A stretch of DNA of 64,000 nucleotides from an uncultured Rhodobacteraceae bacterium (lineage in GTDB: Bacteria > Pseudomonadota > Alphaproteobacteria > Rhodobacterales > Rhodobacteraceae). Each line of letters begins with the position of its first letter. Within the stretch, counting starts at the first letter, position 1. This document shows, in pieces, positions 1-10,592 of the stretch. A program made the translations under genes and the position numbers. The stretch lies in the NCBI GenBank assembly GCA_945952025.1, contig CAMFGW010000011.1, positions 10,377 through 74,376 of the forward strand. Direction: 5' to 3'. Below the pieces are notes generated by a model. It saw nothing but the letters and a program-made list of their open reading frames with translations, searched no databases and was not told where the DNA came from.

Positions 1-1097
1 ATCGCGGCCGGCGCGAACCGGTCCTGCGCATACCAGAGAACGTCGGCCAGGACGAGCCGCCCCTCGGCGTCGGTATTGATGACCTCGATCGTGTCACCCT
101 TCATCGACCGCACCACGTCGCCCGGCCGCTGGGCCATGCCGTCGGGCATGTTCTCGACCAGGCCCACCAGCCCCACGACATGCGCCTTCGCCTTGCGCAG
201 CGCGAGCGTGCGCATGACCCCGGCCACGGTCCCGGCGCCGCCCATGTCCATGGTCATCGCCTCCATCCCCTCGGCCGGTTTCAGCGAGATGCCGCCCGTG
301 TCGAAGCAGACCCCCTTGCCGACCAGCGCGAGCGGCGCGCCCATGGCGCCCTTCCACTCCATCACCACGACCTTCGACGGGCTCGCCGACCCCTGCCCCA
401 CGCCCAGAAGCGCCCGCATGCCAAGGCGCGCGAGCTCTTCTTCCTCGATCACCTGCACGGTAACGCCCAGCTCGCGCAGATCGCTCAGGCGGCGGGCGAA
501 GTCGGTGGTTGTCAGGACGTTGGCGGGCTCGTTCACCAGGTTGCGGGTGAAGGTCACGCCCCCGGCCACGGCCCGGGCGCGGTCCAGCGCCGCCTGCGCG
601 CCCGTCGCATCGCCTTCGAGCCTCAGCGTCACCGGCCCCTTGCCACCCGCCTCGCCCCCCGCCTCACCCTCGGGTGGCGTCTTGTAGCGGTCGAAACTGT
701 AGGCCCTGAGCCATAGGCCCGTGGCCACATCCGCCGGACGCTGGCCCGCGTCCATGACGACCTCGGCGCCCGCAGCACCCAGCCCGCGTGCGATCGTCGC
801 CCCGGCCTTGCGCGCCTCGGCCAGCGTCGGTTCGGCGGGCAGCTTGACCAGGTGCAGCACCTCGGCCTGAAGGCCCGCAGGTGCCGGCACCTCGACCCCC
901 TCGCCCGCCTTGGCCTTGGCCCATGCGGACCCGGCCCGCACACGCGCGACCGCGCCCCCGGTCGCCGCGTCGATCCCGGCGGCGGCGGCGCCAAGCGCCC
1001 CTTCGGCCGGCAACAGAAGGGCCACCCGGCCCACGGCGCGGCCCAGCGCATCGGCATCAGCGACGCCCAGGGTGATCTCTAGCGGCAGATCGGTCAT
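1..1097 (-). CDS. pepA: Leucyl aminopeptidase (M17), 3' end runs off the window start
   Basis: Not in the ORF track because it is truncated. Manual minus-strand translation from ATG 1097 gives [31 protein letters not shown] and [12 protein letters not shown], which are M17 signatures. It is divergent from lptF, as is typical in alphaproteobacteria. Confidence 0.93.
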   Translation of the reverse strand, partial: MTDLPLEITLGVADADALGRAVGRVALLLPAEGALGAAAAGIDAATGGAVARVRAGSAWAKAKAGEGVEVPAPAGLQAEVLHLVKLPAEPTLAEARKAGATIARGLGAAGAEVVMDAGQRPADVATGLWLRAYSFDRYKTPPEGEAGGEAGGKGPVTLRLEGDATGAQAALDRARAVAGGVTFTRNLVNEPANVLTTTDFARRLSDLRELGVTVQVIEEEELARLGMRALLGVGQGSASPSKVVVMEWKGAMGAPLALVGKGVCFDTGGISLKPAEGMEAMTMDMGGAGTVAGVMRTLALRKAKAHVVGLVGLVENMPDGMAQRPGDVVRSMKGDTIEVINTDAEGRLVLADVLWYAQDRFAPAA

Positions 1098-1263
1098 GAC
1101 GGTCCTTTCCGGCAGGTCGGGCGCCTGGCCAAGGGGGCTGGCGCGGTTCCGCCGGACCCTAGCCCCCGATCCGGTGCTTGGCCAGATAGGAGTTTTCCGC
1201 GCGCCTTTGATCGGTTAGGGAAGGAAAAAGCCGAAGACAGTCGGCAGGGACGAGGGCCGGGCG

Positions 1264-2421
1264 GTGATTTCCAGATTCGACAGATACATGCTGTCGCAGC
1301 TGATGATGGTCTTTGGCTTTTTCGCGCTCGTCCTCATTTCGATCTACTGGGTCAACAGCGCGGTCCTGCTTTTTGACCGGCTGATTTCCGACAACCAGTC
1401 GGTCTGGGTCTTCCTGGAACTGACCGCGCTCAGCCTGCCGAACGTGATCCGCCTGATGCTGCCGGTCGCGGGCTTTGCCGCCGTCCTTTACGCCACCCAG
1501 CGCATGGCGGGCGAAAGCGAGCTGGTCGTCATGCAGGCGACCGGCTTTTCGCCCTTCCGCCTCACCCAGCCGGTCCTTTACTTCGCGATCATCGTAGCCC
1601 TGCTGGTGGCGATCCTCGCCAACCTGCTGGTGCCCCTGTCACGCACCCGCCTGAACGAACGCAACGCCGAGATTTCGGACAATGTCTCGGCCCGGCTCCT
1701 GACCGAAGGCGCGCTTCTCCATCCTGCGCCAGGGCTCACGCTCTATATCCGCACCATCTCGCCGGATGGCGAGCTGTCGGACCTCTTCCTGTCGGACGCG
1801 CGCGCCTCTGCCGGCGGATCGACCATCTACACGGCCGCCAGGGCCTACCTGTCGCAGGGCACCTCGGGCCCGGTCCTCGTGATGTTCAACGGCATGGCCC
1901 AGCAACTGCGGACCGCGCCGGGCCAAAGCGGTGCGACCGGGCGGCTGTCGGTCACGCGCTTTGAGGATTTCACCTATGACATCGGCGCCCTGATCGCGCG
2001 CCAGGGCCCACGCACCCCCGCGCTGGACGAGCGGATGACATCCGCGCTCCTCCACCCCTCGCCCGGGCTTCTGGCAGAGACGGGCGCAACGCGGGCGCAG
2101 GCGCTTTTCACCGGCCATGACCGCATCGCCAAGCCGCTTCTGGCCGCGTCGGGCGTGCTCTTGGGCTTCGCCGCGATGTTGCAGGGGTCGTTCTCGCGCT
2201 TCGGCATGGGGCGGCAGATAGTGGGGGCTTCCGTCCTTTTCGTCCTGCTCTTCCTCCTGTCGAACCTCGCCGACAAGTCCGCCGTCGGCAATGAGAGCCG
2301 GGTCGCGCTCGTCTACCTGCCGCCGCTGGTCGGGGCCACCGTCGCGCTGGCGCTTCTGGCCTGGACCACGCGCCCGCGCTTGCGGGGCGCCCGCCCGGCA
2401 TTGAGCGGGGGATCGGCATGA
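1264..2421 (+). CDS. lptF: LPS export ABC transporter permease LptF
   Basis: YjgP/YjgQ-type membrane protein (RFDRYMLSQL..., ESELVVMQATGFS). First of the lptF-lptG-lptD run. Confidence 0.9.
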   Translation: MISRFDRYMLSQLMMVFGFFALVLISIYWVNSAVLLFDRLISDNQSVWVFLELTALSLPNVIRLMLPVAGFAAVLYATQRMAGESELVVMQATGFSPFRLTQPVLYFAIIVALLVAILANLLVPLSRTRLNERNAEISDNVSARLLTEGALLHPAPGLTLYIRTISPDGELSDLFLSDARASAGGSTIYTAARAYLSQGTSGPVLVMFNGMAQQLRTAPGQSGATGRLSVTRFEDFTYDIGALIARQGPRTPALDERMTSALLHPSPGLLAETGATRAQALFTGHDRIAKPLLAASGVLLGFAAMLQGSFSRFGMGRQIVGASVLFVLLFLLSNLADKSAVGNESRVALVYLPPLVGATVALALLAWTTRPRLRGARPALSGGSA

Positions 2422-3509
2422 GGCTCTCGCTCTATATCGGCCGGCGGTTCCTTGCGATGCTCGCGCTGGTCCTTGTCCTCTTCTTCGCCGTCCTCTTCTT
2501 CATCGACCTGATCGAAGAGGTGCGCCGCGTCTCGACCGGCGGTTTCGGCGCGGCGGCACGGCTCGCGCTTCTGAATACGCCCGGCACGCTTTACGGCATC
2601 CTGCCCCTGATCTTCGTCCTGGCCGCGATCGCGCTTTTCCTGCGGCTGGCCCGCACCTCGGAACTGGTGGCGATCCGCGCCGCCGGGCGGTCCGCGCTGC
2701 GCACCCTCGTCGCCCCCATGGTCGCGGCCTTCCTCTTCGGCATCATGGCGGTGGCCCTTCTGAACCCGATCGCCGCCGCGACGAACAAGCGCTACGACCA
2801 GCTTTCCGCCCGCGCGGACCAGCGCGCCGGCGCCACCGAAGCCTCGTTCGGCGGCGACGGCATCTGGCTGCGGCAGGGCGACGGCAGCGGCCAGTGGGTG
2901 ATCCATGCCGACCGGGCGAGCGTCGACGGATCGGCGCTTTACAACGTGACCTTCCTTGCCTTCGGGCCGACCGGCGGCCCGCACCTGAGGATCGAGGCGC
3001 AACAAGCCGACGCGAATGGCGGACGCTGGATTGCGAAAGACGCGAAGGAATGGCATTTCGATGTGGCGAACCCAGAGGAGGGCGCGACCCTGGCCGCCGA
3101 ACTGCCCCTGACCGCCGACCTGACGGCCGCCCAGATCCGCGACAGTTCCGGCGCGCCGCAGAACGTGTCGATCTGGGACCTGCCCGCCTATATCGCCGAC
3201 CTGGAACGCGCAGGGCTTTCGGCGCGCGCCCATTCGGTCTGGCTGCAGATGGAACTGGCGCTGCCCCTCTTGCTGCCCGCTATGGTGCTGATCGGGGCGG
3301 GCTTCACCATGCGCCACGCCCGCTTCGGCAACAGCGGCATTCTGGTCCTGGCCGCGCTCGTCTCCGGCATCGCCGTCTTCTTCGTGCGGAACTTCGCGCA
3401 GGTGCTGGGCGAAAACGGCCAGATCCCGGTCCTGCTGGCCGCATGGAGCCCGCCGATCGCCGCACTTCTCCTGTCCGTGAGCCTTCTCCTGCACCTGGAG
3501 GACGGCTGA
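2418..3509 (+). CDS. lptG: LPS export ABC transporter permease LptG
   Basis: YjgP/YjgQ paralogue (LSLYIGRRFL, SELVAIRAAGRS, LLLHLEDG end). ATGA overlap with lptF. Confidence 0.9.
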   Translation: MRLSLYIGRRFLAMLALVLVLFFAVLFFIDLIEEVRRVSTGGFGAAARLALLNTPGTLYGILPLIFVLAAIALFLRLARTSELVAIRAAGRSALRTLVAPMVAAFLFGIMAVALLNPIAAATNKRYDQLSARADQRAGATEASFGGDGIWLRQGDGSGQWVIHADRASVDGSALYNVTFLAFGPTGGPHLRIEAQQADANGGRWIAKDAKEWHFDVANPEEGATLAAELPLTADLTAAQIRDSSGAPQNVSIWDLPAYIADLERAGLSARAHSVWLQMELALPLLLPAMVLIGAGFTMRHARFGNSGILVLAALVSGIAVFFVRNFAQVLGENGQIPVLLAAWSPPIAALLLSVSLLLHLEDG

Positions 3510-5683
3510 TGGCCCGCGCCCGCCTTCGCAGGCTGACCGCAGCTCTCTTCCTGCTTCTGGCGCCGACGGCGCCCGCGCGGGCCGATGACACGGCCCCGCC
3601 GACGCTTGTCGCCGACCAGCTGACCGTCCAGCCCGACCAGTCACTGGTGGCCGAGGGCGCGGTCGAGGTGCGCTACAAGGGCCAGGTGCTGAAGGCCCGC
3701 CGCATCACCTACGACCCGAACGGCGAACAGCTGACCGTCGTCGGGCCCATGACCCTGACCGACGGGCGCGGCACCATCGTCCTTGCCGATCAGGGCCAGC
3801 TGTCGAAGGACCTGTCCGAGGGTCTTCTGACCGGCGCGCGCATGGTCCTGAGCGACAAGCTGCAACTCGCCTCGGCCGGCCTCCGGCGGTCGGGCGGGCG
3901 CTACACGGAACTGAGCCAGGTCCGCGCCTCGTCCTGCCAGGTCTGCCCGACGAACCCCCGCCCCTTGTGGGAACTCCGCGCCAGGCGCGTGCTCCATGAC
4001 CAAGTGGAGCGTCAGATCTACTACGAAGGCGCGCAGTTCCGCGTCGCGGGCGTGCCGGTCTTCTGGTCGCCGATCCTTCGGATGCCGGACCCGACGCTCA
4101 GCCGCGCGACCGGCTTCCTTCTGCCGTCGATGCGGGCGACATCGGCGCTCGGCTTCGGGGTCAAGATCCCCTATTTCATTGCCATCGGCCAAAGCCGCGA
4201 CCTGACCGTCACGCCCTATGTCTCGACGCGCGGCGGCAAGACGCTCGGCCTGCGCTACCGCGAGGCGATGGCGGCCGGAACGCTGACCATGACCGGCGCC
4301 GTGACCCGCGACCCGATCCGGCCCGGCTCGACGCGCGGCTATTTCTTCGCCAACGGCTCCTTCGCGCTGCCGGCGGACTTCGCCGGCGGCCTTCAGGTCC
4401 AGACGGCGAGCGACCGGGGCTACCTGCTGGACTACGGCATCACCGACACGGACCGGCTGGCAAGCGGCATCTGGGCCACGCGCACCCGCCGCGACGGCTA
4501 TGTCGATGCGCGGCTCTTCCGCTACCATTCGCTGCGCGCGGGCGACGACAACCTGGTCCAGCCCTCGCTCGTCGGCGACCTGTCCGTCGTCCGCCGCTTC
4601 ACCCCGCAAGCCATCGGCGGCGAGGGGCAGCTGTCGTTCGACCTGCACGGGATCGGTCGGCGATCCAACGTGAATTGGGACGCGAACGGCGACGGGGTGA
4701 CGGACGGCCGCGACGTGGCCCGCGCCTCGATCGGGCTGTCCTGGCGTCGCCAGACCGTTCTTGGCAACGGCCTGATCCTTGGCGGCGGCCTTGGTGTCAT
4801 CGCCGACTTCTATTCGATCCGCCAGGATGCGGCCTACCCCGGCACCGTCACGCGGATGACGCCCACCGCCTCGATCGACCTGGGCTGGCCGCTCGTCCGC
4901 CCCGCGACCACGCCCGGCGGCGCCACCTACACGCTCGAACCCGTCGCCCAGCTGGTCTGGAGCCGCGAGAGCCACAATGCCGTCCCGAACGAGGACAGCG
5001 CCCAGGTCGAGTTCGACGAGGGCAACCTCTACGCCTTCAGCCGCTTTCCCGGCTCTGACCTCTACGAGGCGGGCCTCCGCGCGAACGTGGGCCTGACCTG
5101 GGGGCGCCATGCGGCCGGCGGAACCGACCTGCGCGTCACCGCCGGCCGCGTCCTGCGGTCCGAGGACCTGCACCAGTTCTCGACCGGCTCGCGCCTGTCG
5201 GGCACCCGGTCCGACTGGCTGGTCGCGGCGCATCTCTCGACGGCCTTCGGCCTCAGCGCCACCAACCGGCTTCTGTTCGACGACAGCTTCCACCTCAACC
5301 GCGACGAGCTGCGCCTGGCCTATGGCCGGGGCGCCACGGCGGTGTCCGCAACCTACGTCTGGCTGAAGCCCGACACGGCCGCGAGCCGCCCGCTCGGCAC
5401 GTCGGAACTGACGCTCGCCGCCGCCTTCCAGCCGCGCACCGGCTGGACGCTGAACGGCACCGGGCATTACGATTTCATCGCCGACCGCACCACCAAGGCC
5501 GGGCTGGGCCTGAGCTGGCAGAACGAATGCGCCGTCGTCGATATTTCGCTCTCGCGTCGCTTCACGTCCTCGACTAGTGTGCGGCCGAGCACAGAACTCG
5601 GGCTCGAGGTCCATCTGGCGGGGATCGGCAGCGGCGACGGCAGTGCGTCCGGCGCAAGCTACCGGCAGACCTGCTCGCGATGA
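3509..5683 (+). CDS. lptD: LPS assembly outer-membrane protein LptD
   Basis: ATG at 3509 overlaps the lptG stop. Signal peptide, OstA-like N-terminus, SSCQVC..PLW motif, ATGFLLP, beta-barrel C-terminus with NEC. Confidence 0.92.
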   Translation: MARARLRRLTAALFLLLAPTAPARADDTAPPTLVADQLTVQPDQSLVAEGAVEVRYKGQVLKARRITYDPNGEQLTVVGPMTLTDGRGTIVLADQGQLSKDLSEGLLTGARMVLSDKLQLASAGLRRSGGRYTELSQVRASSCQVCPTNPRPLWELRARRVLHDQVERQIYYEGAQFRVAGVPVFWSPILRMPDPTLSRATGFLLPSMRATSALGFGVKIPYFIAIGQSRDLTVTPYVSTRGGKTLGLRYREAMAAGTLTMTGAVTRDPIRPGSTRGYFFANGSFALPADFAGGLQVQTASDRGYLLDYGITDTDRLASGIWATRTRRDGYVDARLFRYHSLRAGDDNLVQPSLVGDLSVVRRFTPQAIGGEGQLSFDLHGIGRRSNVNWDANGDGVTDGRDVARASIGLSWRRQTVLGNGLILGGGLGVIADFYSIRQDAAYPGTVTRMTPTASIDLGWPLVRPATTPGGATYTLEPVAQLVWSRESHNAVPNEDSAQVEFDEGNLYAFSRFPGSDLYEAGLRANVGLTWGRHAAGGTDLRVTAGRVLRSEDLHQFSTGSRLSGTRSDWLVAAHLSTAFGLSATNRLLFDDSFHLNRDELRLAYGRGATAVSATYVWLKPDTAASRPLGTSELTLAAAFQPRTGWTLNGTGHYDFIADRTTKAGLGLSWQNECAVVDISLSRRFTSSTSVRPSTELGLEVHLAGIGSGDGSASGASYRQTCSR

Positions 5684-5754
5684 TCCCCGTGACAACCACC
5701 GTGCCCCATTTGCAAAGCCCCGCCGGGGCCAAAGACAGACGAGAGCCGTAGCCC

Positions 5755-7071
5755 ATGCGTCCCACTTCCCGCCTGTTCCCGATCCTGACCGCCGGGTTTG
5801 CCGCCTTCGCGGCCCTGACCGGCCCGGCAAAGGCCCAGTCCACGGGCAATTTCTCGCCGGTCGTGATCGTGAACGATTCCATCGTCACGCGTTACGAACT
5901 CGACCAGCGCATCCGCTTCCTGAAGGTCCTGAATTTCCCCGGCGACCTCACGGCCGAGGCGGAAACCGGCCTGATCGAGGACCGCCTGCGCAGCCAGGCC
6001 GCCAAGGACATGGGCGTGACCGTCACCCCCGACGAGCTGAACGCCGGCATGGCCGAATTCGCCGGCCGCGCGAACCTGGATACCGAAACCTTCCTCAAGG
6101 CCATCGCCCAAGGCGGCGTCGACCCCGAAAGCTTCCGCGACTTCGTCCGTTCCGGCCTTGCCTGGAGGAACGCCATCCGCGCCCGCTTCGCCAGCAAGGT
6201 CGACGTGTCCGAGGCCGAGGTCGACCGCGCCGTGTCGGCCGACAGCGGCCAGGGCGACGGCCCGCGCGTCCTTCTGTCCGAGATCTTCATCCCCGCCCGC
6301 CAGGGCGAGGTCGGGCGCATCACCACCCTGACCAAGCGCCTGAAGGACACGATGAAGGGCGAGGCCGACTTCGCCCGCGCCGCCAAGGAAAAATCCGTGG
6401 CCGCTTCGCGCGCCGACGGCGGCCGGGTGAACTGGATCCCCCTGTCGAACCTGCCGCCGCAGGTGCGCGACGTGGTGACGAAGACCAGCCAGGGCCAGAT
6501 CACCGACCCGGTGCAGATGCCGGGCTATGTCGGCCTGTTCCTCGTGCGCGGCATGTCGCAGGGCGGCAAGGTCAGCCCCGCCGCAGTCGCGATCGACTAT
6601 GCCGCACTGCGCCTGCCCGCCGGTGCTTCGGCGGACGCCGCACGGATCGCGGGCACGGCCGAAACCTGTGACGACCTTTATGCGCTGGCCAAGGGCGGCG
6701 CGGTCAGCCGCCAGACCCAGCGCCGCAGCCAGATCGGCGGCGCGACCGGCGCCGCACTCGACAAGCTCGACGCGGGCGAGTCGACAGTCCTTTCGGCCGC
6801 CGACGGCACGCTGACGCTCCTGATGCTCTGCTCGCGCAACGCAACGCTCGCCGACGGGCCTATCCCGCCGAAGATGACCATCACCTACCCGGCCCAGCCG
6901 GTCCTGACCGCGGACGGCGACGTCGTTCCGGCTGTGGTCGATGGCGTCGGCCTTGGCCTTGGCGTGAGCCGCGACCAGGTGCGCGAGGATGTGGTGAACC
7001 GCAAGGTCGGCCAGATGGCCGACGCCTGGCTCGCCGAGTTGCAGGGCAACGCGATCATCACCAAGAAATGA
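5755..7071 (+). CDS. surA: Periplasmic chaperone/PPIase SurA
   Basis: Signal peptide, VNDSIVTRYELDQR N-domain and parvulin-like segment. Lies between lptD and pdxA. Confidence 0.85.
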   Translation: MRPTSRLFPILTAGFAAFAALTGPAKAQSTGNFSPVVIVNDSIVTRYELDQRIRFLKVLNFPGDLTAEAETGLIEDRLRSQAAKDMGVTVTPDELNAGMAEFAGRANLDTETFLKAIAQGGVDPESFRDFVRSGLAWRNAIRARFASKVDVSEAEVDRAVSADSGQGDGPRVLLSEIFIPARQGEVGRITTLTKRLKDTMKGEADFARAAKEKSVAASRADGGRVNWIPLSNLPPQVRDVVTKTSQGQITDPVQMPGYVGLFLVRGMSQGGKVSPAAVAIDYAALRLPAGASADAARIAGTAETCDDLYALAKGGAVSRQTQRRSQIGGATGAALDKLDAGESTVLSAADGTLTLLMLCSRNATLADGPIPPKMTITYPAQPVLTADGDVVPAVVDGVGLGLGVSRDQVREDVVNRKVGQMADAWLAELQGNAIITKK

Positions 7072-8072
7072 GCGGCGATCGCCCGCCGATCATCGCCCTG
7101 ACCGCCGGCGATCCGTCCGGCATCGGCCCCGAAATCGCGGTCAAGGCGCGCGCGGCACTTGGCGCCGAGCTGCCCTTCGTCTGGATCGGCGACCCCCGCC
7201 ACCTGCCCGCAGGAACTGCGGTGACAGAGGTTACGCACCCCGCCGCCGCCCGCGACGTGGCACCCGGCCACCTGCCGGTCCTGCCCCTGGCCTTCGCCGC
7301 CCCCGCAAGCCCCGGCCTACCCGACCCCGCGAACGCCGCCGGCACCATCGCCGCCATCGAAACCGCCGTCCGGCTCGCCCGGTCGGGCGAGGTCGCGGGC
7401 CTTTGCACCCTGCCGATCACCAAGAAGGCGCTGAAGGACGGCGCCGCCTTCGCCTTTCCCGGCCATACCGAGTTCCTGGCCCACCTCGCGGGCGGCGTCC
7501 CGGTGGTGATGATGCTGGTCGCGCCCGGCCTTCGCGCCGTGCCGGTCACGATCCATGAACCGCTGGCGCGGGTGCCCCAGCTTCTGACCGAGGCGCGTCT
7601 TGAAATGGTGCTGCGCGTGACCCACGCAGGCCTTCGCCGCGACTTCGACCTGACTGCCCCCCGCATCGCCGTCGCCGGGCTGAACCCCCACGCGGGCGAG
7701 GGCGGCCTCATGGGCAACGAAGAGGCGACGATCATCACCCCGGTCCTCGACCGGCTGCGGGCCGAGGGGATGGCGCTGGCCGGCCCACTTCCGGCCGACA
7801 CGATGTTCCACCCCGCCGCCCGCGCCCGCTATGACGCGGCGGTCTGCATGTATCACGATCAGGCGCTGATCCCGGTCAAGACGCTCGACTTTGCGGGCGG
7901 CGTGAACGTGACGCTGGGCCTGCCGTTCATCCGCACCTCGCCCGACCACGGCACCGCCTATGACATCGCGGGCCAGGGCATCGCCGACCCCGCGAGCCTG
8001 ATCGCGGCCCTGCGGCTTGCCGCCGACATGGCCCGCGCGCGGGCAGAGAACTGGGCGGGGGCGCGCGGCTGA
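7068..8072 (+). CDS. pdxA: 4-hydroxythreonine-4-phosphate dehydrogenase
   Basis: [36 protein letters not shown] and RTSPDHGTA motifs. Confidence 0.96.
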   Translation: MSGDRPPIIALTAGDPSGIGPEIAVKARAALGAELPFVWIGDPRHLPAGTAVTEVTHPAAARDVAPGHLPVLPLAFAAPASPGLPDPANAAGTIAAIETAVRLARSGEVAGLCTLPITKKALKDGAAFAFPGHTEFLAHLAGGVPVVMMLVAPGLRAVPVTIHEPLARVPQLLTEARLEMVLRVTHAGLRRDFDLTAPRIAVAGLNPHAGEGGLMGNEEATIITPVLDRLRAEGMALAGPLPADTMFHPAARARYDAAVCMYHDQALIPVKTLDFAGGVNVTLGLPFIRTSPDHGTAYDIAGQGIADPASLIAALRLAADMARARAENWAGARG

Positions 8073-8935
8073 TGGCGGCGCTCGACGGGCTGCCGACCTT
8101 GCGCGAGGTCATCGCCGAACATGGCCTCAGCGCCAGGAAGTCCCTGGGCCAGAACTTCCTTCTCGACCTGAACCTGACCGCCAAGATCGCGCGGGCGGCC
8201 GGCGACCTGAAGGGCTCGGACATCCTCGAGGTCGGCCCCGGCCCCGGCGGGCTGACGCGCGGGCTGCTGATGGAAGGCGCTCGCAACGTCCTGGCCGTCG
8301 AAAAGGACCCCCGCTGCCTGCCCGCGCTGGCCGAGGTCGCGGCCCACTACCCCGGCCGCCTGACGGTGATCGAGGGCGACGCGCTGGAAATCGACCCGCT
8401 CGCCCACCTGACGCCCCCGATCCGCATCTGCGCGAACCTGCCCTACAATGTCGGCACCGAGCTTCTGGTCCGCTGGCTCTCGCCCCCCGCATGGCCGCCG
8501 GTCTGGACCAGCCTCACGCTCATGTTCCAGCGCGAGGTGGCCGAACGCATCGTCGCCCGGCCGGGGGACGGCGCCTACGGGCGGCTCGCAATCCTGGCCC
8601 ACTGGCGGACCGATGCGCGGATCGTGATGACGCTGCCGCCCGAAGCCTTCAGCCCGCCGCCCAAGGTCCATTCGTCGGTCGTCCACCTGACCGCGCTTCC
8701 GGCGCCGCGCTACCCGGCCGACGCCCATACGCTGTCGACGGTCGTCGCCGCCGCCTTCAACCAGCGCCGCAAGATGCTGCGCGCCGCACTGAAGGGGATA
8801 GCGCCGCCGGGCGGCATCGAGCCCCTGTTGCTGGAAGCGGGCATCCCGCCCACCGCACGGGCCGAAGAGATCGACCTGGAACGGTTCTGCGCCCTTGCGC
8901 GCGCGCTCGACGCGGCGCGGTCCGGCGCCACCTGA
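8072..8935 (+). CDS. rsmA: 16S rRNA m6(2)A dimethyltransferase
   Basis: [27 protein letters not shown] and [10 protein letters not shown] motifs. Confidence 0.96.
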   Translation: MAALDGLPTLREVIAEHGLSARKSLGQNFLLDLNLTAKIARAAGDLKGSDILEVGPGPGGLTRGLLMEGARNVLAVEKDPRCLPALAEVAAHYPGRLTVIEGDALEIDPLAHLTPPIRICANLPYNVGTELLVRWLSPPAWPPVWTSLTLMFQREVAERIVARPGDGAYGRLAILAHWRTDARIVMTLPPEAFSPPPKVHSSVVHLTALPAPRYPADAHTLSTVVAAAFNQRRKMLRAALKGIAPPGGIEPLLLEAGIPPTARAEEIDLERFCALARALDAARSGAT

Positions 8936-9006
8936 CCCGGATCGCCCCTTGCCACCGCACCGGCACCTGTGCAGGATCGCGCCGCCCTGAACGGAAAGGA
9001 AAGCCC

Positions 9007-9426
9007 ATGAAGGCCACCGTCACCTGGACCGGAAACTACACCTTCGTCGGCCAGACCGAGAGCGGCCACGCCATCGCTTTCGGCGCACCGAAGGGCGACG
9101 CGCCGAAACCCGGCCCCTCGCCGATGGAGCTGCTGCTTCTGGGCGCGGGCGGCTGTTCGGCGGTCGATGTCGTCGGCATCCTGGAAAAGAGCCGCGAGGC
9201 GATCGAGGGCTGCGAGGTGCGCCTGACCTCGGAACGCGCACCGACCGACCCCAAGGTCTTCACCAAAATCCACATGACCTTCGTCGTGCGCGGCCGGAAC
9301 CTGAGCCTTGCCAAGGTCGAACGCGCCGTGGCCCTGTCGGCCGAAAAATACTGCTCGGCCTCGATCATGCTGGCCAGGACCGCAACGCTGACCCATTCCG
9401 TCGAACTGGTCGAAACCGGCGCCTGA
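9007..9426 (+). CDS. OsmC/YhfA family protein
   Basis: GPSPMELLLLGAGGC...KYCSAS two-Cys OsmC-family pattern. True start is ATG 9007 inside the longer ORF 8017-9426. Confidence 0.85.
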   Translation: MKATVTWTGNYTFVGQTESGHAIAFGAPKGDAPKPGPSPMELLLLGAGGCSAVDVVGILEKSREAIEGCEVRLTSERAPTDPKVFTKIHMTFVVRGRNLSLAKVERAVALSAEKYCSASIMLARTATLTHSVELVETGA

Positions 9427-9432
9427 GCCGCC

Positions 9433-9909
9433 TTACGCCTCGGGTGGCGCCCCCTGCCCCTCGAGGTCCAGATATTCGCGCAGGACGGCCAGCCGGTGAA
9501 GCTTCTCCTGCCCCTCGAGCGGCGCGTAGCTGACGCCCTCGGCCCCGGTCAGAAGGCCCGAGAGCCGCGCATGCATGAAGGCGCGCAGCACATCGGCCAT
9601 GCGGCGCGGGTAGCCCGCTCCGGTCGCGCGGAAGAATTTCACCACGTCGGCCTCAAGCGTGATCGTCACCTTCTCCTGCGGCTGCTCGCCCCGCTCGCGC
9701 GCAATCTCGTGCCATTCCTCGGGGATCAGGCCCGACTGGGCGATCCGGCCGTGCAGGTGAAACTCCAACTCGCGCAGGACCTCGGCCAGCCAGTGATAAT
9801 GCTGCCGCTCCTTCACCCCGCGCGGCGCCGCGACGCTGCCCGCGTGCGGCGCCCGCTCCGTGGCCCCGCCCCCTTTCGGCCTCCCCATCCGCGATGCAAC
9901 CCGTGCCAT
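9433..9909 (-). CDS. BrnA-antitoxin-like ribbon-helix-helix protein with N-terminal extension
   Basis: KVTITLEADVVKFFRATGAGYPRRMADVLRAFM resembles the BrnA/DUF4415 RHH consensus. Start chosen at ATG 9909. Confidence 0.65.
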   Translation of the reverse strand: MARVASRMGRPKGGGATERAPHAGSVAAPRGVKERQHYHWLAEVLRELEFHLHGRIAQSGLIPEEWHEIARERGEQPQEKVTITLEADVVKFFRATGAGYPRRMADVLRAFMHARLSGLLTGAEGVSYAPLEGQEKLHRLAVLREYLDLEGQGAPPEA

Positions 9910-10055
9910 TCCGCCCCCCTTAGCGCCTCCGACAGCCGCCTTCCTGCCAGCCGCGCGCAAAGAAAGCGTTGACCGGCCGCTCGCGGGGCCTTTCAGGGCG
10001 CGCCCGCACGCCTTAGGCTGGACCCGCGCCCCGAAAGGCCCGCGAAGGAATGACC

Positions 10056-10592
10056 ATGAGCCTGAAGACCGTCCGCGACTATATCCGGACCATCGCCGAC
10101 TTCCCGCACGAGGGTATCCTCTTTCGCGACGTGACCACCCTTTTCGCGGACGCGCGCGGCTTTCGCATGGCCGTCGACCAGCTTCTGCACCCGTTCGCCG
10201 GCCAGCCCATCGACAAGGTCGTCGGGCTCGAGGCGCGGGGCTTCATCCTTGGCGGCGCCATCGCCCACCAACTGACCGTCGGCTTCGTGCCGATCCGCAA
10301 GAAGGGCAAGCTGCCGGGCGCGACGCTCTCGCAGGCCTACAAGCTCGAATATGGCGAGGCGGTGATGGAGATCCACCAGGACGCGCTGCAACCGGGCGAG
10401 CGGGTCCTGATCGTCGACGACCTTCTGGCCACCGGCGGCACCGCCGAGGCCGGCATCAAGCTGGTCGAACGGCTCGGCGCCTCGGTCGTGGCCTGTTCTT
10501 TCGTCATCGACCTGCCCGACCTTGGTGGGCGGAAACTCCTGGAAGGGATGGGCATGACCGTCCACGCGCTGGCGGCCTTCGAGGGGGCGTGA
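10056..10592 (+). CDS. apt: Adenine phosphoribosyltransferase
   Basis: [23 protein letters not shown] and [14 protein letters not shown] motif. AAGGA RBS 6 nt upstream. Confidence 0.96.
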   Translation: MSLKTVRDYIRTIADFPHEGILFRDVTTLFADARGFRMAVDQLLHPFAGQPIDKVVGLEARGFILGGAIAHQLTVGFVPIRKKGKLPGATLSQAYKLEYGEAVMEIHQDALQPGERVLIVDDLLATGGTAEAGIKLVERLGASVVACSFVIDLPDLGGRKLLEGMGMTVHALAAFEGA

